64,000 nt of DNA from Octopus vulgaris (Eukaryota), in the NCBI GenBank assembly GCA_951406725.2, contig OX597825.1, positions 86,366,001-86,430,000 on the forward strand, read 5' to 3'. Every line of letters starts with the position of its first letter. The first letter of the stretch is position 1. The notes under the pieces are model-generated. The model did no database searches and was not told the origin of the DNA. It was given only the letters and a program-made list of their open reading frames with translations. This document shows, one piece after another, positions 35,776 through 48,825 of the stretch. The translations under genes were made by a program, and so were the position numbers.

Positions 35776-36421
35776 GGATTGTTCCTAAACACACACACAC
35801 ATGTGCTTGCACTCACACACATACATACACGATCCATACATTGCAGATGGATGACAGAATTGGTAGAGCATTGGATTGGATATTATGTGATATTTGGTTC
35901 CACCATTTATGTTCCAAGTTTAAACCCTACTGAGAGCTGCTTTGATTTCCAGTCTTGTAAAACTCTGTAAAATTCATATTTGAGTCAATATCCAGAAGAT
36001 GGTGCTACAGTATGGCCACAGTTTTGATGAGTGAAAGCACTTGAAAAATAAATGGATTTGTACAGAAAGAGAAATTGAAAAAGATAGGAATATCAATATT
36101 GCGTAGTGTTTTGAAATGGCTTTGGTTAACCAAATTATTGCTGACCTATTGATTGAGCTGTATTAATTGATTTGTTAGGCATATTTCATGTACACAACCA
36201 ATTATTGAATAGTTAGACATTCTGCTTTCCAAAATTGCTTCATCTTTATACATTTAACAATTTTAAATGGACTCTTGTTGCTGCCTAAACCTATTTGGTT
36301 GCTGCTCATTATTTTCTGTCTAAAACTCACTACAAAAGTATCAATGGAGGATAATAATCTCTATTGATTAAGACTTTGTTGGCTGTTTAGTTAAGTAGAT
36401 GTGGATGTAAGAGCTTCTTGA

Positions 36422-36576
36422 ATGCATACACCCACACACATTCATGTGTGCACATTCACATACACATACAGATTCACACACACATTCTGGCACACATTCA
36501 TACACACACAACATGCATGCACACACACGTGCATACATGCATGCACACACACACATACACACACACACACACACAC
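36422..36576. repeat. Degenerate (CA)n tract
   Basis: Direct reading. This tract is the source of the H/T- and C/V-rich ORFs. Confidence 0.95.
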
Positions 36577-37148
36577 TATCACATCAGTTCTTGGCATTTT
36601 AGATCAAATCATTATATATAAGTTTATATATTATAACTATTGATTAAAAGGGTGTGTGTGTGATGAGCTGGTATGATAAATACACATTTTTTCTAAGAGG
36701 CCTGCTAAAACTATGGATACAGCCCCTTCTTCCAGACCAAATCCTTTAAAAGATAGCAGCTAACAGTGTCTCACAAAAGTGAGGACCTTTCATATTCTAC
36801 ACGTTCTTTTGTAATGCAAATTCATCATGTCCATGTTACTTGAAGAAAAGCCATTTTTAGACTGAACAGGGCTTTGTAAGTTACTTGCTGTCTTTTGAGA
36901 TTTTTGTTTTTTCTTTGCCTCCAGTCATTCTCTTCATACCTATGTCCCACATATCAAGGTATATCACAGTTTTCCCTCACCTATTTATTTCCATTTTACA
37001 TCATTATCTATGTTGTTTTTATTATCTTCTTCCTTTAGCATGTTTGATAACCAAGAAACAACAGCTGGGTGTATAAATAGTAGTTTTTAAGGCCAAAGCA
37101 TGCAAACATAAACTGATATAGATTAGAAATTATGATAAAATTATGATG

Positions 37149-37150
<2 letters not shown>

Positions 37151-37192
<42 letters not shown>
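37151..37192. repeat. (GT)n microsatellite
   Basis: Direct reading. Confidence 0.97.
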
Positions 37193-37194
<2 letters not shown>

Positions 37195-37812
37195 TGGTGT
37201 CAGGGAGGAGTTCTCTGATAGAGGAAGATAATATTTCAAGGAACTTTTTTCTTTTTCTCTTTTTTGGTAATTGGTTTTCATTAATTTCTGTCTGTTGCTA
37301 GACTGTTACTGTTGGCTTTACTAAACCTGGAACTCATTTCCTTTACATTTGTAGCTGCTGTAATTGGATGGAAAGTCTATGAATTCTATCATGTTGTTCT
37401 ATTCACTTCAAGGAATTGTTTTTTAAAATAAATTTTCAATAATTAATCTTGTAAACGATAAGATTAATGTAAAATGAAGAGCAAATAACTAAGTATTACA
37501 AATTTAGATGAGTTTTTATTAGTCTTTTGTTGTTTTCTTAACGAATGGTGAAAATTTTACTGTTCAGTTTGAAATTGAGTCTTCTGAGGAAGTATATGTT
37601 GGTGAGTTTATGATTATTATTTTATATTTAGGATTTATTCCCCTTTGCAAGATAATCATTGATACAGTGGAGTGTAAGCATGGCCATGTGGTTAGAAAGG
37701 TTACTTTGCAATTACTTTAAAACCAGTTTTGTTAAACGCACAAAATAAAATGTCAGAATACAAGCATAAGGTGTGTGTGTGTGTGTGTTTATGTAAGAAG
37801 TCAAAAACTCAC

Positions 37813-37977
37813 TTATTTTTAAAGGCTTAACCAGTTTCTTCAAATTTTTCTGATTTTCAAAAGTTAAGTGAGATAGAAAAATGTGGGACTATGCTGCAAC
37901 TGTCTTGCCCCACATATTTCTATCTTACTTTTGAAAATCAGAAAAATCTGTGAAACCAGTTAAGCCTTTAAAAATAA
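37813..37977. repeat. Palindromic (hairpin) element, probable MITE
   Basis: TTATTTTTAAAGGCTTAAC..TTTTTCTGATTTTCAAAAG..AGATAGAAA..TGTGGG pairs with CCCACA..TTTCTATCT..CTTTTGAAAATCAGAAAAA..GTTAAGCCTTTAAAAATAA across a spacer of about 20 nt. Confidence 0.85.
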
Positions 37978-38211
37978 ACCATCAAAAAGGCTCCCAGTTT
38001 ATTTTCAACTTCTTGTCATGCTAGCTTAGAAATAATTCAGAGCTTAGCTAGGGCTTCATAGTAATGTGAAAGTCCATAGAAGTCCAATGGTAGAGAATTC
38101 TACAAACCTGATGTTGGTAAATAACCGTAATAAAAAAGTCCTACTTAAAACAAAGTTGAATGCTACTAATATATATATATCAAAAGGATGTGTTATAATA
38201 CTATTCCACAG

Positions 38212-38323
38212 CTATACCAACAATCCAATATGCCCTCATCATCAGCTGCCCCACGGATATCATTATGGTTTTGACACCTGGGCAGTACCATTCAATCCGG
38301 CGGTGTCAACAGCGCTTGAATAA
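38212..38323 (+). CDS. Candidate terminal exon (xYTNNPICPHHQLPHGYHYGFDTWAVPFNPAVSTALE*) or structured conserved element
   Basis: Non-repetitive, GC/CpG-enriched block after TATTCCACAG, with TACTAAT at 38164-38170. The reading frame is open to TAA 38321-23. No homologue recognised. Confidence 0.3.
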
Positions 38324-39647
38324 GTGTTGTTTGGGAACAAACAAACCAAAGAAACCACAGCTCTCAAACACTTTTTACCCTATGTATAAATATATATAAA
38401 ACGTATACATACATACATATGCACACACATAATCATATACTTGCTTCTAATTACCCATCAGATTTAATGCTGGCCATCTTTTCCTTCAAATGCAGAATCT
38501 TTCATAGCTGTATTTCTTAAAATGCTGTAGCAATGAAAGACACAGTCATTTGAGCAACCAGAGAATCGTAAATGCTTTATGCTTCTGTATATCTTCAGGA
38601 GAACGTTCCTGGGCAATGAAGCCTTATAGTGGCATTAGGGTGAGGACTGTCATGTTTCCCTGTATCTCTGTCTTTATTGTGAGGGAGTTAGAAGCAGTGG
38701 CAAAAACGATTCCAGGTGACTGGTACCTCCTCCTAGGTGTACAGGAAGTTGCTGGAAATCTAGTCTGTTGGAAATCACCATAAAGCAAGCCATTCCAATC
38801 AGGTTTTCCTCACAGGATGTACTTCTTCAACTTTTTGCCTTTCTGGATTCACTTGACTCACAGGAACAGGATATGTCACTTACTACCCTTGGATTCACCC
38901 ATAAGATAACAGGGGCAGTGCAGATAATGTCACTTCCTCCTACAATAAAGTAAAGGACTCCTGACAACTTCTCTCTTTGGTAGATCTCCTAACTAGAAAT
39001 ATGGCCCCATCACTTCCAAAGTGATCTTAGAGTGTGTTCTCCTCCATGAGGATTCCTCTGTCCCATGCACCATTGTTACATGTTGTTCTACTGTCCCCAA
39101 AACATTTTGTCCCATTTTTTTAGTAGTTTTCTTTTATTTGTGACATGTTGAAAATAGAGATTTGATTTGTGAAATAAGTAGAAAATGGTGGAACTGTGGC
39201 TGCAAGAGAAGCAATTAACAGAGAGTAAGAACATTATTTTGTTAGAATGTTCTTGCTTTTAGAAATGAAGTGGTAAAGAGAGAAATGTGGATTGGCTTTT
39301 GTTTATATAAAAAAAAAATCTGGTGTATTTTGGAGATTTTAATCCTGGCAGGTATTGAAAGTTCTAGAATGTCGGAGTAGGATGCAGTTTTTAGTTTGTG
39401 TATCTTGAAGAGTTTTTATGTGTAAACAAATAAAATGTGTAGAGGTCTGTATATGTGTTAACTAAAAGTGTTGAATGAAGGGAGGGAGAGAGAGAGAGAG
39501 AGAGAAAACGCTTGTTTCTTGTATTGGTTTATATATTTTGATCACTTCATTATTTCTAGGTTAGTTTAAAATCTCATAGGCTAATGTGTGATGTGATGTG
39601 GTGGACTGTAGCTACTGAAATGCATAGTATAAAATGATAAAATTAGT

Positions 39648-40045
39648 TGTGATTGTGCAGTAAGAAGTTTGCTTCCCAACCACATGGTTCTGAGTTCAGT
39701 CCTACTGTGTGGAACCTTGGACAAGTGTCTTCTACTATAAGCTTGGGTTGACCAAAGCCTTATGAGTGATCTTGATTGATAGAAACTGAAAGAAGCCCTG
39801 TCTTGTGTGTGTGTATATATATATATATATCTGTATGTGTGTGTCTGCCCCCCACTACTGTTGGAGAACTGGTGTTAGTGTTTTTACATCCCTATAACTT
39901 AGTGGTTTGCCGAAAGTGATTGATAAAATTTAAGTACAAGGTTTAACAAGAAAATAAGTATTAGGGTCAACTAAAAATACTTCAAGGCAGTGCCCTAGCA
40001 TGGCCACAGTCTAATGCCTGAAACAAGTAAAAAATGAAAGATAAG
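39648..40045 (+). mobile_element. SINE family A (tail type 1)
   Basis: TAAGAAGTTTGCTTCCCAACCACATGGTTCTGAGTTCAGTCC..TAGCATGGCCACAGTC..GAAACAAGTAAAA. Confidence 0.88.
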
Positions 40046-41967
40046 AAATTACATTAAAAAGCATTTCATTTTCAACTGATCAGACGTAATGTCTGTTATT
40101 GATTAAGTTTAAGGGATTGGATTGCTCTAAAGTTAGCAAAAATCCTTAATGTTCATTCTGAAGTGCATAGATGCTTCATAGGCAATGAATGTCTGGCAAT
40201 TTGAGGATTAGATTAGCAACCAGAGAGAGAGATTGGGGTGGGTTAAGGAATCTAAATGTATCGTTATTTACCAGATGTTTGGTAAATATGGACATGTTAT
40301 TTACCAAATGAGAACAAGGAACAATAGGACCTCTTTCTTATAGTCTTGAAATATAATTGTCAACTAAAATTTTGGAAAAAAGAAAAGATCAAGTGTTTTA
40401 TTTTTTATGGCAACATAAATTTTTTTCTGAAAATAAATAAAATATTTTCACTATGAACATGACTTTTTGTTTTCAACTTTAAAACAATGGACTGTTGCTT
40501 ATTTTAAACTAAGTCTTGGAGAAACATAATATTCTTCCATTTTTTTCTAACAAACATGGGCCTTGGGCAAATTCATGATATAATTTAGATTTCTGCTCTT
40601 TTTAAAACAAATTAATAAATAAATATACCAGTTATTTACTGAATTTCTAGTCTTCAATGAAAGGCTTTTAGTGCTTCTCAAAAGCCTAAATGAAAATATC
40701 TGCATATCTATCTACTAATGTAAATACACATTCAATTCTCATTCTCTTGCCACCACTATTCCTGGCAACCATCGTCTACTGAAAATATTTACTCGCACTT
40801 AGACTGGTTTAGGTTAAGGCCTGATAGAAAAGTGTGTATATACGTATGTATATCTTTGTTCTACTAAGTGTGCATATGTGCTGCATTAATGGAGAACCTA
40901 CTTTGCATTTCATTAGAAGATTTATGAGAAAATTAAGAAGTAAAACTCATTAACAGTAAGGAGTGGCTGTAAAGTAACTGTTAGACCAAAGTGTACTGTC
41001 TTGAAACTTCTCTAGAATTATTTACTTTTCATTGATTTTCATGACATGCTTTCAGGATTTTGAAGATGTTTTTTATTCGTTTATTTTTAGTCACTTTTCA
41101 TTTACTGGTTGATGAGACTAATAGAAATTTTAACTAATAGAAATTTTTACACTCCTGATAAGAGCAATTGTTGAAGTGCTAATAAAAGACAAGTTACTTT
41201 TTAAAAAACTATTTCTTTAGAGTTTTGGGAATTACTCTTTGGTACCAATAAATCTTTTATAGTAAAGAGTTGTGTGGGGTGAGTTGAGGGGGATGGGTTG
41301 ACATCTTTTAAATGAAATTAGATTTTGCATTAAAGAGACTACATTATTAGTACCAAATTTGAATGTCCATGTGTGTATATAGATTTAATGTCCACTTTTT
41401 CTCGTGTGCACCTATGCTTGTTTATTTATAAAAATATTTCATTTTTGCAGTAACATTAATCTGTACAGTGTATATTTACATTATGTTGGAAACCAAATTT
41501 GTAGCTGAAATTAAGGAACCTCTGCTCTATATCTGCATATTTTGTTAGGTTTGTCTAGAATTAATGGTACATAACTCAGCCAACAAGCAGATCTGTTTGT
41601 AAACTCTTCTCTTACCTCCAAAACCTCTCTATATTGTATAAACTCGAAACACCAATATTTTAGCTAGTGTAGAAAGGGAGCTTTCATTTAACTGACCCGT
41701 AATGATCTTTTCTGTCCTGCTAATGGCACAAATTGTTAACCTGTTCCAAGTTCATAATGTTGTCTATTTATAAGGACTAATGGAACTTAATACAAGCAGT
41801 TACACTGATTCTTAAAATTATATTAAAAGCTATAAATAGTTTTAATTTATGCTGTTGGACTTACCTTTTGTTTCACCTTTCATACCATTGACAATTCTAA
41901 TTTTTCTAATAAAATTCAAGTTGTCTTTCAGAACTTTTAAAACTTTTCTTTAAAATCTGAGCATGAA

Positions 41968-42342
41968 TCAGGCATGGCTGTGTGGTAAAAAGCTTGCTTC
42001 CCAACTACATGGTTCTGCTTTTAGTGCCACTGCATGGCACCTTGGGCAAGTGTCTTCTACTATAGCCTCAGGCCGACCAAAGCCTTGTGAGTGGATTTGG
42101 TAGATGGAAACTGAAAGTAGTTGGTCCTATATATATATATATATATATTTGTGTTTGCCCCCCCCCCCATCACTTGACAACCAATGTCAATGTATTTACG
42201 TCCTCGTAACTTTGGCAAAAGGGACAAATAGAATAAGTACAAGGCTCACAAATAATAAGTCTTGGAGTTGATTTGTTTGACTAAAAGTGGTGCTCCAGCA
42301 TGGACACAGTCAAATTACAGAAACAAGTAAAAGAATAAAAGG
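41968..42342 (+). mobile_element. SINE family A (tail type 1), well preserved
   Basis: GGCATGGCTGTGTGGTAAAAAGCTTGCTTCCCAAC..GGCACCTTGGGCAAGTGTCTTCTACTATAGCC..GAAACAAGTAAAAGAATAAAA. Confidence 0.9.
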
Positions 42343-42407
42343 AAAAATAATCAGATTTTCCTAAACTTAGTATTTTTCTTTCTAATACAATATCCTCAAA
42401 CTGATTT

Positions 42408-42792
42408 CATGGTTGTGTGAACAAGAAGTTTGCTCCCTCACCACGTGGTTTTCGGTTCAGTCCCACTGCATGACACTTTGAGCAAACATCTAGTATTGTT
42501 CCAGATCAATCTAATCCTTGTGAGTGGATTTGGTAGTTGGAAAGGGAAGAAAGCCCATTGTATATAAGTGTGTGTGTGTGTTGAAATCATCTGACAATTG
42601 TAAATGAGTGTTGCTGTTTTACTTGTTTCCAATCCTCTATGAAAATGTCCAACCTCAGGGAAATATCTTATTTGGAAACAAGTAAAGTCTGGCATCAGGA
42701 AGGGCATCTGGTCATAGAAAATCTGCCTTGACAAATTCCTTTTAATCTGTGCCAGCATGGAAAAGTATATGTTTGAAATAGCAAAGGTGATG
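42408..42792 (+). mobile_element. Composite SINE: family A head + (TG)n + tail type 2
   Basis: GGTTCAGTCCCACTGC..TTGTGAGTGGATTTGGTAG..(TG)n..GGCATCAGGAAGGGCATCTGG..AAATCTGCC..CAGCATGGAAAAGT. Confidence 0.85.
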
Positions 42793-43439
42793 TTGTCTAC
42801 AAAATCTTTTTCCTTCTCTCTTTATATATTTATCCATTGCTCTACATTTTCAAATTGGTTGCTAATAGCATAATGTGAATTTATCTGATTATTTCTGGTT
42901 TCTAACCCTGCTACCTTTCAATTGACATAACCACCAATTGTTTTCAGGTGTTATTTTTTGCATACACAAACACATTTACACTTAAACTCCTCACTCATCC
43001 ATTATGCTGTTGTTATTGTTGTCAATGTCCAGGTTACATTGACTGCAGTGGTCTCACCAGTTTAGAAGGGCTTGCAAAGCCCTGTGGGTTGTGTCCCTCT
43101 TTTCCTGGATTAACTTATAAGGAAAAGGAAAACAAAATCATCTTTATTTGCTCAAGTTAAAACAGCTGAAAATAGAAATATTCATCTTCTCTACCACTTC
43201 ATACTGGAAACAGAAGATAATTATGCAAATATTTCCATCTAAATAACAACCAGAACAACCCGTCATTATCTGAGACTACAAACTAATGATGAAGATAAAA
43301 AAAAAACAATAACAAAATAATAAAGGTAGAAAGCAATTATCAGGCGTACTTTATAAAATTGTGGTCAAGATTTGTAATACTCTTTTATTCATCATGGTAA
43401 TCTGAAGGAGGAAAGAAAAAAACAAGCAAAATGAACCAG

Positions 43440-43441
<2 letters not shown>

Positions 43442-43473
<32 letters not shown>
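43442..43473. repeat. (GT)n microsatellite
   Basis: Direct reading. Confidence 0.97.
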
Positions 43474-43474
<1 letters not shown>

Positions 43475-45394
43475 TTTGGAAAAGTGAAGAAAATTTGATT
43501 TCTCACCCTCAAACTGTTTGAATAGAATGAAAAATAATCATCAAAACTGCAGCTGTTCAGTTTTTTTTTCTTCTAATTGTTGTATTTTTTTGTTTGGTTA
43601 AATTAGTTTTGAACAATGAAGGCCTTAAGAATAATTTCTGAAAATAGACCATTGTTAGACTTGCAGAGAATTTTTGAGAGTAGACCATTGTTGGACTACT
43701 GAAACTATTCAGCTGCTTCTCTCTTCTCATCTCCAATGCCCTTTGCCATATCAATAAATTAAATACCAGTTATATGCTGGTTTACATTGTCAGCTACAGC
43801 CCTTTACCTGACAGAAGCTGATCTTATGATTATTTGGAGGTAACGAATATTCATTTTATACAAAAGTAAATTGAAAATTTAAAAAACAAAAGGAAAAAAA
43901 AAATCAGTATGATAACAGCATTTCTGGTTTTCAAAGAAATTCAGGCCCAAAATCTATTATTGAGGGGTAGTTATTGAAGGGTAAAAGAGGAAATTAGAAA
44001 AAGATCATTTAATGATATGAGTTGGGTCATCTCTAATCAGACTTGTTGGAATTAAAAACTTTTATGTGAAAATCTTTAATGTCCTTTTTTTTTGTTGTCA
44101 ATATTTAATTAAAAAGTGTAGAAAAAACAAATTTATGATAAAATTTTTGTGTTCTTCTTTAAGCTGTTTTCTTTGAGGTGTGTTTAATGGTTATAGCTGT
44201 GTATATTTAGTCTTTATGATCAATTTAAGCTGCATTTCAACTGAACTGATTCATTATAGTATAATCATGTCCCATAGAACCACTCTAGGCTATCAACAGT
44301 GTTTCCTAGATATTCCAGCATCTGTTACTCTCATGAATTTAATCCAGCACCCACTTTCTCATGCTCTGTATTCTCTCATATACTCACTTTCTTCTATCTT
44401 GACAGTACTCTCTGTTGTCACAGATATCTTTTTCTTTCCAGCTACTCCTACTCACCCTTGTAGTGCTGGGTAACCATGTAGCTCCTCTATAGCAAGACAC
44501 CTTTGCCTGTCTCTCTTTCACCACCTGGCATAAAATTACCTCACTCTCTGTTATACTCTCACCCAGTCGATGGCTGCTTTTCTTTGTCTTACAAGTTGGT
44601 GACCTGATTAGTGCCAATGTCGCAGATAAAGCACCCAGTACATTATTCTTGGAAGTAATCTTTTTTAATGCTCTTAACAGTTTCTTGTTAAATCCAGCTT
44701 CATATTTTAGGTTAAAAGCAATGTCTTTAGAGTTTTCCTTTCTTCTGCAAGAGAACTAAACCCTTCTTTGGATATGTCATCAATTAAGACTGTTTCCTGC
44801 CTGCAAATCTTGGCTATTTTCTAATTGTTGCAATATGTACAATGACTTATTAATAATTTGATTTTCATCATTTTAGATAACAATTATTTAATGATTCCTT
44901 TAGATTAACTCAGTTTGGGAATGTAGCTTTCACTCAGTACTTCTATTTGTCTGTAATGAATATTGCAGTTGGAGAAACACTGGTTTAGAGTGTAGAGAAC
45001 ATATTTATTGCATCTATTGACCATCCCCTTTCTTTGCTATCAATTTACCTAAGGAAATAAATAGGAGTCATGGTCTGTAATGCATTAGATAAGAATGGAA
45101 GAATTTTTAAAATATTTTTTTTTATTTAAAAAATATTTTCTTTGTATATATGTGAAGAAAGCATCCAAAGTGAGACCCAAAGCAACTAAGACCAGTTCCA
45201 GGTGGTTGTGGACTGCAAATAGAGCCCTTCTGTAGGTGATGGCTAATTCTGTCCTCATCGTCCCATTCAAGTGAAGCATGCAGACGAAGGGGTGAAATGC
45301 TTGTGACCCAGAGAGACATGCTAGAGATACAGAGGGTTTCATACATTGCAGTAGCTTTAGTCTCCACCAGAGAAATAGCTTGGAATATGTTTAA

Positions 45395-45602
45395 CCCTTG
45401 AGTGTTTAAACTGGCCATATCTGGCCCAAATATTCTATATGTTTTATATTCAAACCGGCGATACCTAGCCTCTCACACCTGACCTACATTGACATTCTAA
45501 AAATAAACAACCACATCATTGAAACCCCAAAGCTTGATTAATTCAAAGCAATTTGAGTAAAAAAAATATTACATTTAACAGAGTAATCTGAATACTAAAG
45601 GG
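45395..45602. mobile_element. piggyBac-like MITE
   Basis: TTAA|CCCTTGAGTGTTTAAA ... TCTGAATACTAAAGGG|TTAA, with TSDs at 45391-94 and 45603-06. It is the reverse orientation of the 35114 copy. Confidence 0.88.
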
Positions 45603-46509
45603 TTAAGTAGTTCCTGTAGTTTCTGTGTTGGGTAAAGCATCTTTTTAGTTCATCACACCTGTATATATTAGAGATAAGACACAGGTTTGATAGATGGATT
45701 ATATTGAGTAGGTGTTACAGAAACAACTTGCTTAGTTCTCCTTCTTAGTAGTTCATTATATTTCTCTCTATTTTACTCTGTCATAACAGCACTAGTTCAA
45801 AACAAAAATCAAAACATGTTATTTTTTTTAACAGTATCAAAATTTCAGATTTTTAGGGAAAAAGTTTTACTTTTTTCAGTTTGAAAAGTAGCAAGTGCCA
45901 AATGGAAAATAACTTTTGATTATTTTGTTTTTAAGAATTTTGTTTACATATCAGATATCATTCTAGTTTGCTTATATTTTAAAAAGAGACCTTTTAACAT
46001 GCATTGCTTGTGTAAAAGAATTGCCATTTATTTGGTCATGGCTGTGTAGAAAAAAAAAACAAAAAACCCATTCTAAAAGTGTCTGGTAGATAGATATTCA
46101 GGTATTTCTGTAAATAACCTACTACAATGACAATCCATCTAACATCATTAGTATTTTTAGAATAGAAAATAATTTCTAAAACTTTATTGTCCATGAAGAT
46201 TAATTCAGTACTCACCAAGTATGATCCTTATTCACAGGTATCTTAGCTTTCCTCAATAACAACTTTGAAATATGTCAGCTGACTGATGAAAAGTTTAAAA
46301 AGTCTTGAAGGGAATTCTGAATGTCTATTGTTATACTGTAGTCATAAGAGAGGGAAGCAAAATGTTAATGCTGCAAGACAGATTGTCTTTGTATGTTTCC
46401 ACCAGACATCTAGCTAAGGTTGTCAACTTCATCTAAGCTGGCACTTTTTGATGTGTTTCTTATTCTTTGAAAAGTTTCACATAATTTTAAGCAAATAAAT
46501 GTTAATTTT

Positions 46510-46668
46510 TGCATGGTTGTATGGTTAAGAAGTTTACTTCAAAACTACATGGTTTTGAGATTAATCCCTCTCTATGGCTCCTTAGACAAGTGCCTTACAC
46601 CATAGCCTTGGGTCAATGAAATTTTATATATGGAATTTTAGTTGCTGGAAATTGTGAGAAATGCCATT
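46510..46668 (+). mobile_element. Degraded SINE family A head
   Basis: GCATGGTTGTATGGTTAAGAAGTTTACTTC..CTACATGG..CTTAGACAAGTGCC..ATAGCCTTGGGTC. Confidence 0.65.
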
Positions 46669-47319
46669 AAAATGACTGTCCCTATTTTAGGGTGTTTAGG
46701 GTCTTAACCAGTCTCCTGATTTGATGTCACTACTTGACACTTGGGTACCTTCAACAGAGTCCACCATGTGAATAGTTGAGTCAGGATCCCTTCTGTTGGT
46801 CTGAAAACCCCTTCCTCCTATCAGCCTCAATGACCTTTAAAACCTGTATGGGTGTTGCCCTTTTTTTCTTTAACTTATCCTTAAAAGAGAAAATAAAATG
46901 AAAGCATTCAAATCATGACATACCAGCTTTTGTTTTAGAAATGGTCACTAAATTAAACAGTGTGTGTGTGTGTGTGTGTGTGTTTAAGGCAATTGTGTGT
47001 GGTTTAATTTCTATTTCTGTTGAACTACATGGCTTTTGTTTCAATTAATTTCGAAAATTTGGCAAACTGATTTTGTCACTATTAAGATAGCATTTCAGGA
47101 TATCATGAAATTTTGAAGGAAGCTTTTAATTCGGATCACTGGGAAACAGGAAGTTTGCATCCAGAAATCAGGAGCAGTCTCAGGTTGGCTGAAATTGAAA
47201 GAGTTAAAGAAGATTTCACTGTTATTTCTAGCAGGATCAGTGACCACATAAAGGCTACCTTGTTGGCTTATGCTTCAAAAGATTTGGTAACATGGAAGAC
47301 TGAGACCTCTGGCCATTTA

Positions 47320-47535
47320 TTGTGCTTGAGAAGACATGTCAAGCTTAGTGAAATTGCAGTTGTGGCCAGTGCCGGTTGACATGTAAAAGGTAGCCAGTAG
47401 GAAAGGCCATCCAGCTGTAGAAACCAAGTCAAAACAGACTGGAGCCTGGTGCAGCTCTATGGCTTACCAGCCCCAATCAAACCATCTTACCCATGCTAGC
47501 ATGAAAACTGATGCTACATGAAGAAGAAGAAGAAA
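47320..47535 (+). mobile_element. SINE family C
   Basis: TAGGAAAGGCCATCCAGCTGTAGAAACC..GGAGCCTGGTGCAGC..CCCATGCTAGCATG. Confidence 0.75.
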
Positions 47536-48587
47536 AAATTTATTTATTTATTCTCCATTTGATATTATGTTTCCTGTCCTGGACAAGTAATACAGTTTCA
47601 GATTTATCACATTGAACACATTTGCTTTTTCTGATTATAAATAATTATAAAAGATGAAGTATCAGTATCATTTCTCCATGTTTGCAAGCTCTAAAGATAA
47701 CTGTTTTGCAAAAGAAGTTTCTACATTGATGGTAGTCTTTTGAAGTGACTAATCTGTAGTAATATGTTCTGCTTATCAAATAGCTAATACTTCATCTTGT
47801 CAAATATCTCAAACAGATCAGCTGCACCCACGGTTATAACTGATGCACTCAAACTTCACCTCAGCAGCTTTCTCCATAATCTCACTGAATTAAACTTGTT
47901 TTTATTTTATGGTCTACTTTATCATTGACGACCACAATGCCGTTAATTTTACTAACAGAAAATAAAAACTGTTTATTTCTCTTGTGAAAGAAATTCAATA
48001 TATACTTTTATGACCTTTCCTTTTTTAAGTTTATAAGCCATCTAAGCCATACCAACAGGAGAAAATATTTCTTTTAATTCCTTAGAATGTAGTCACAGAC
48101 ACTTTTCTTTACTTAGAAGGTTATCAGTAATATATTGATGTTTTCAGAGAAGATAAGTGTAACACGAGTAAATTAGTTTATCTTGTAGGGCTGCCTGTTA
48201 GGTTTTGATAATTTCCACCAGCTATTTAAAAAATGTGTCTGCGTGTGTTTCTTAGGTGAGCTAGTTCTTAGAATTGAAGCCCAATATTCCAGGCATCTTG
48301 TGAATAAAATAAGATAGTTTGATTAGTAACAGTGTTTAATTTGGATATCATGTCATTTTTTTTTTATCAGTCCTTACATTTTTGCATATTTGTTATTTAC
48401 CAATTAAATACTATCATCATCTTTAGTATAATATGGCTCTGAGATTATCAAATTCATAGTAGTTATATAATTACCCCTATTACTAAAGCACTAATTCTAG
48501 ACAGAGAAATAAAGGTGTAAAGTCATACATCATCATCAGTGTTATGATTGCATGAAGCTCTCTCTACCAGAGACTTACTTTATGTTA

Positions 48588-48651
48588 GCCACCAGGGGGC
48601 TCTTGTCTTTGAGAAATTTTGTGCAAGTAATGTTGTCACCCTTGACGTCAA
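48588..48651 (+). promoter_or_regulatory. CTCF-like motif plus palindromic CRE
   Basis: GCCACCAGGGGGCTC (48588-48602) and TTGACGTCAA (48642-48651) in apparently non-repetitive sequence. Motif match only. Confidence 0.4.
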
Positions 48652-48825
48652 CAAAACTTGCAGCCATGTCTGGTGTGCCATGTCTCTTTTGAAAATTTAA
48701 TGGCAGTTACTGGTTGTGTAATAAATTGGAAACACTAAATCGTTAACTCTGTTATAATAAAGTCATCAGGGAACTGATATTTAATTAACGCATCTGCCAG
48801 TCTAGAAGTTACTTTAGTTTGGTTT

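Noticed and set aside
36861-36875. 15-nt AG..GTAAGT microexon (TEQGF)
   Set aside because: Purine-rich sequence with AGs immediately upstream makes the acceptor weak.
41865-41905. Minus-strand mini exon ending AAG|GTAAGT
   Set aside because: Isolated, with a weak acceptor and opposite to the other exon candidates.
44200-44800. Possible RTE-type LINE relic on the minus strand
   Set aside because: No intact diagnostic motif.
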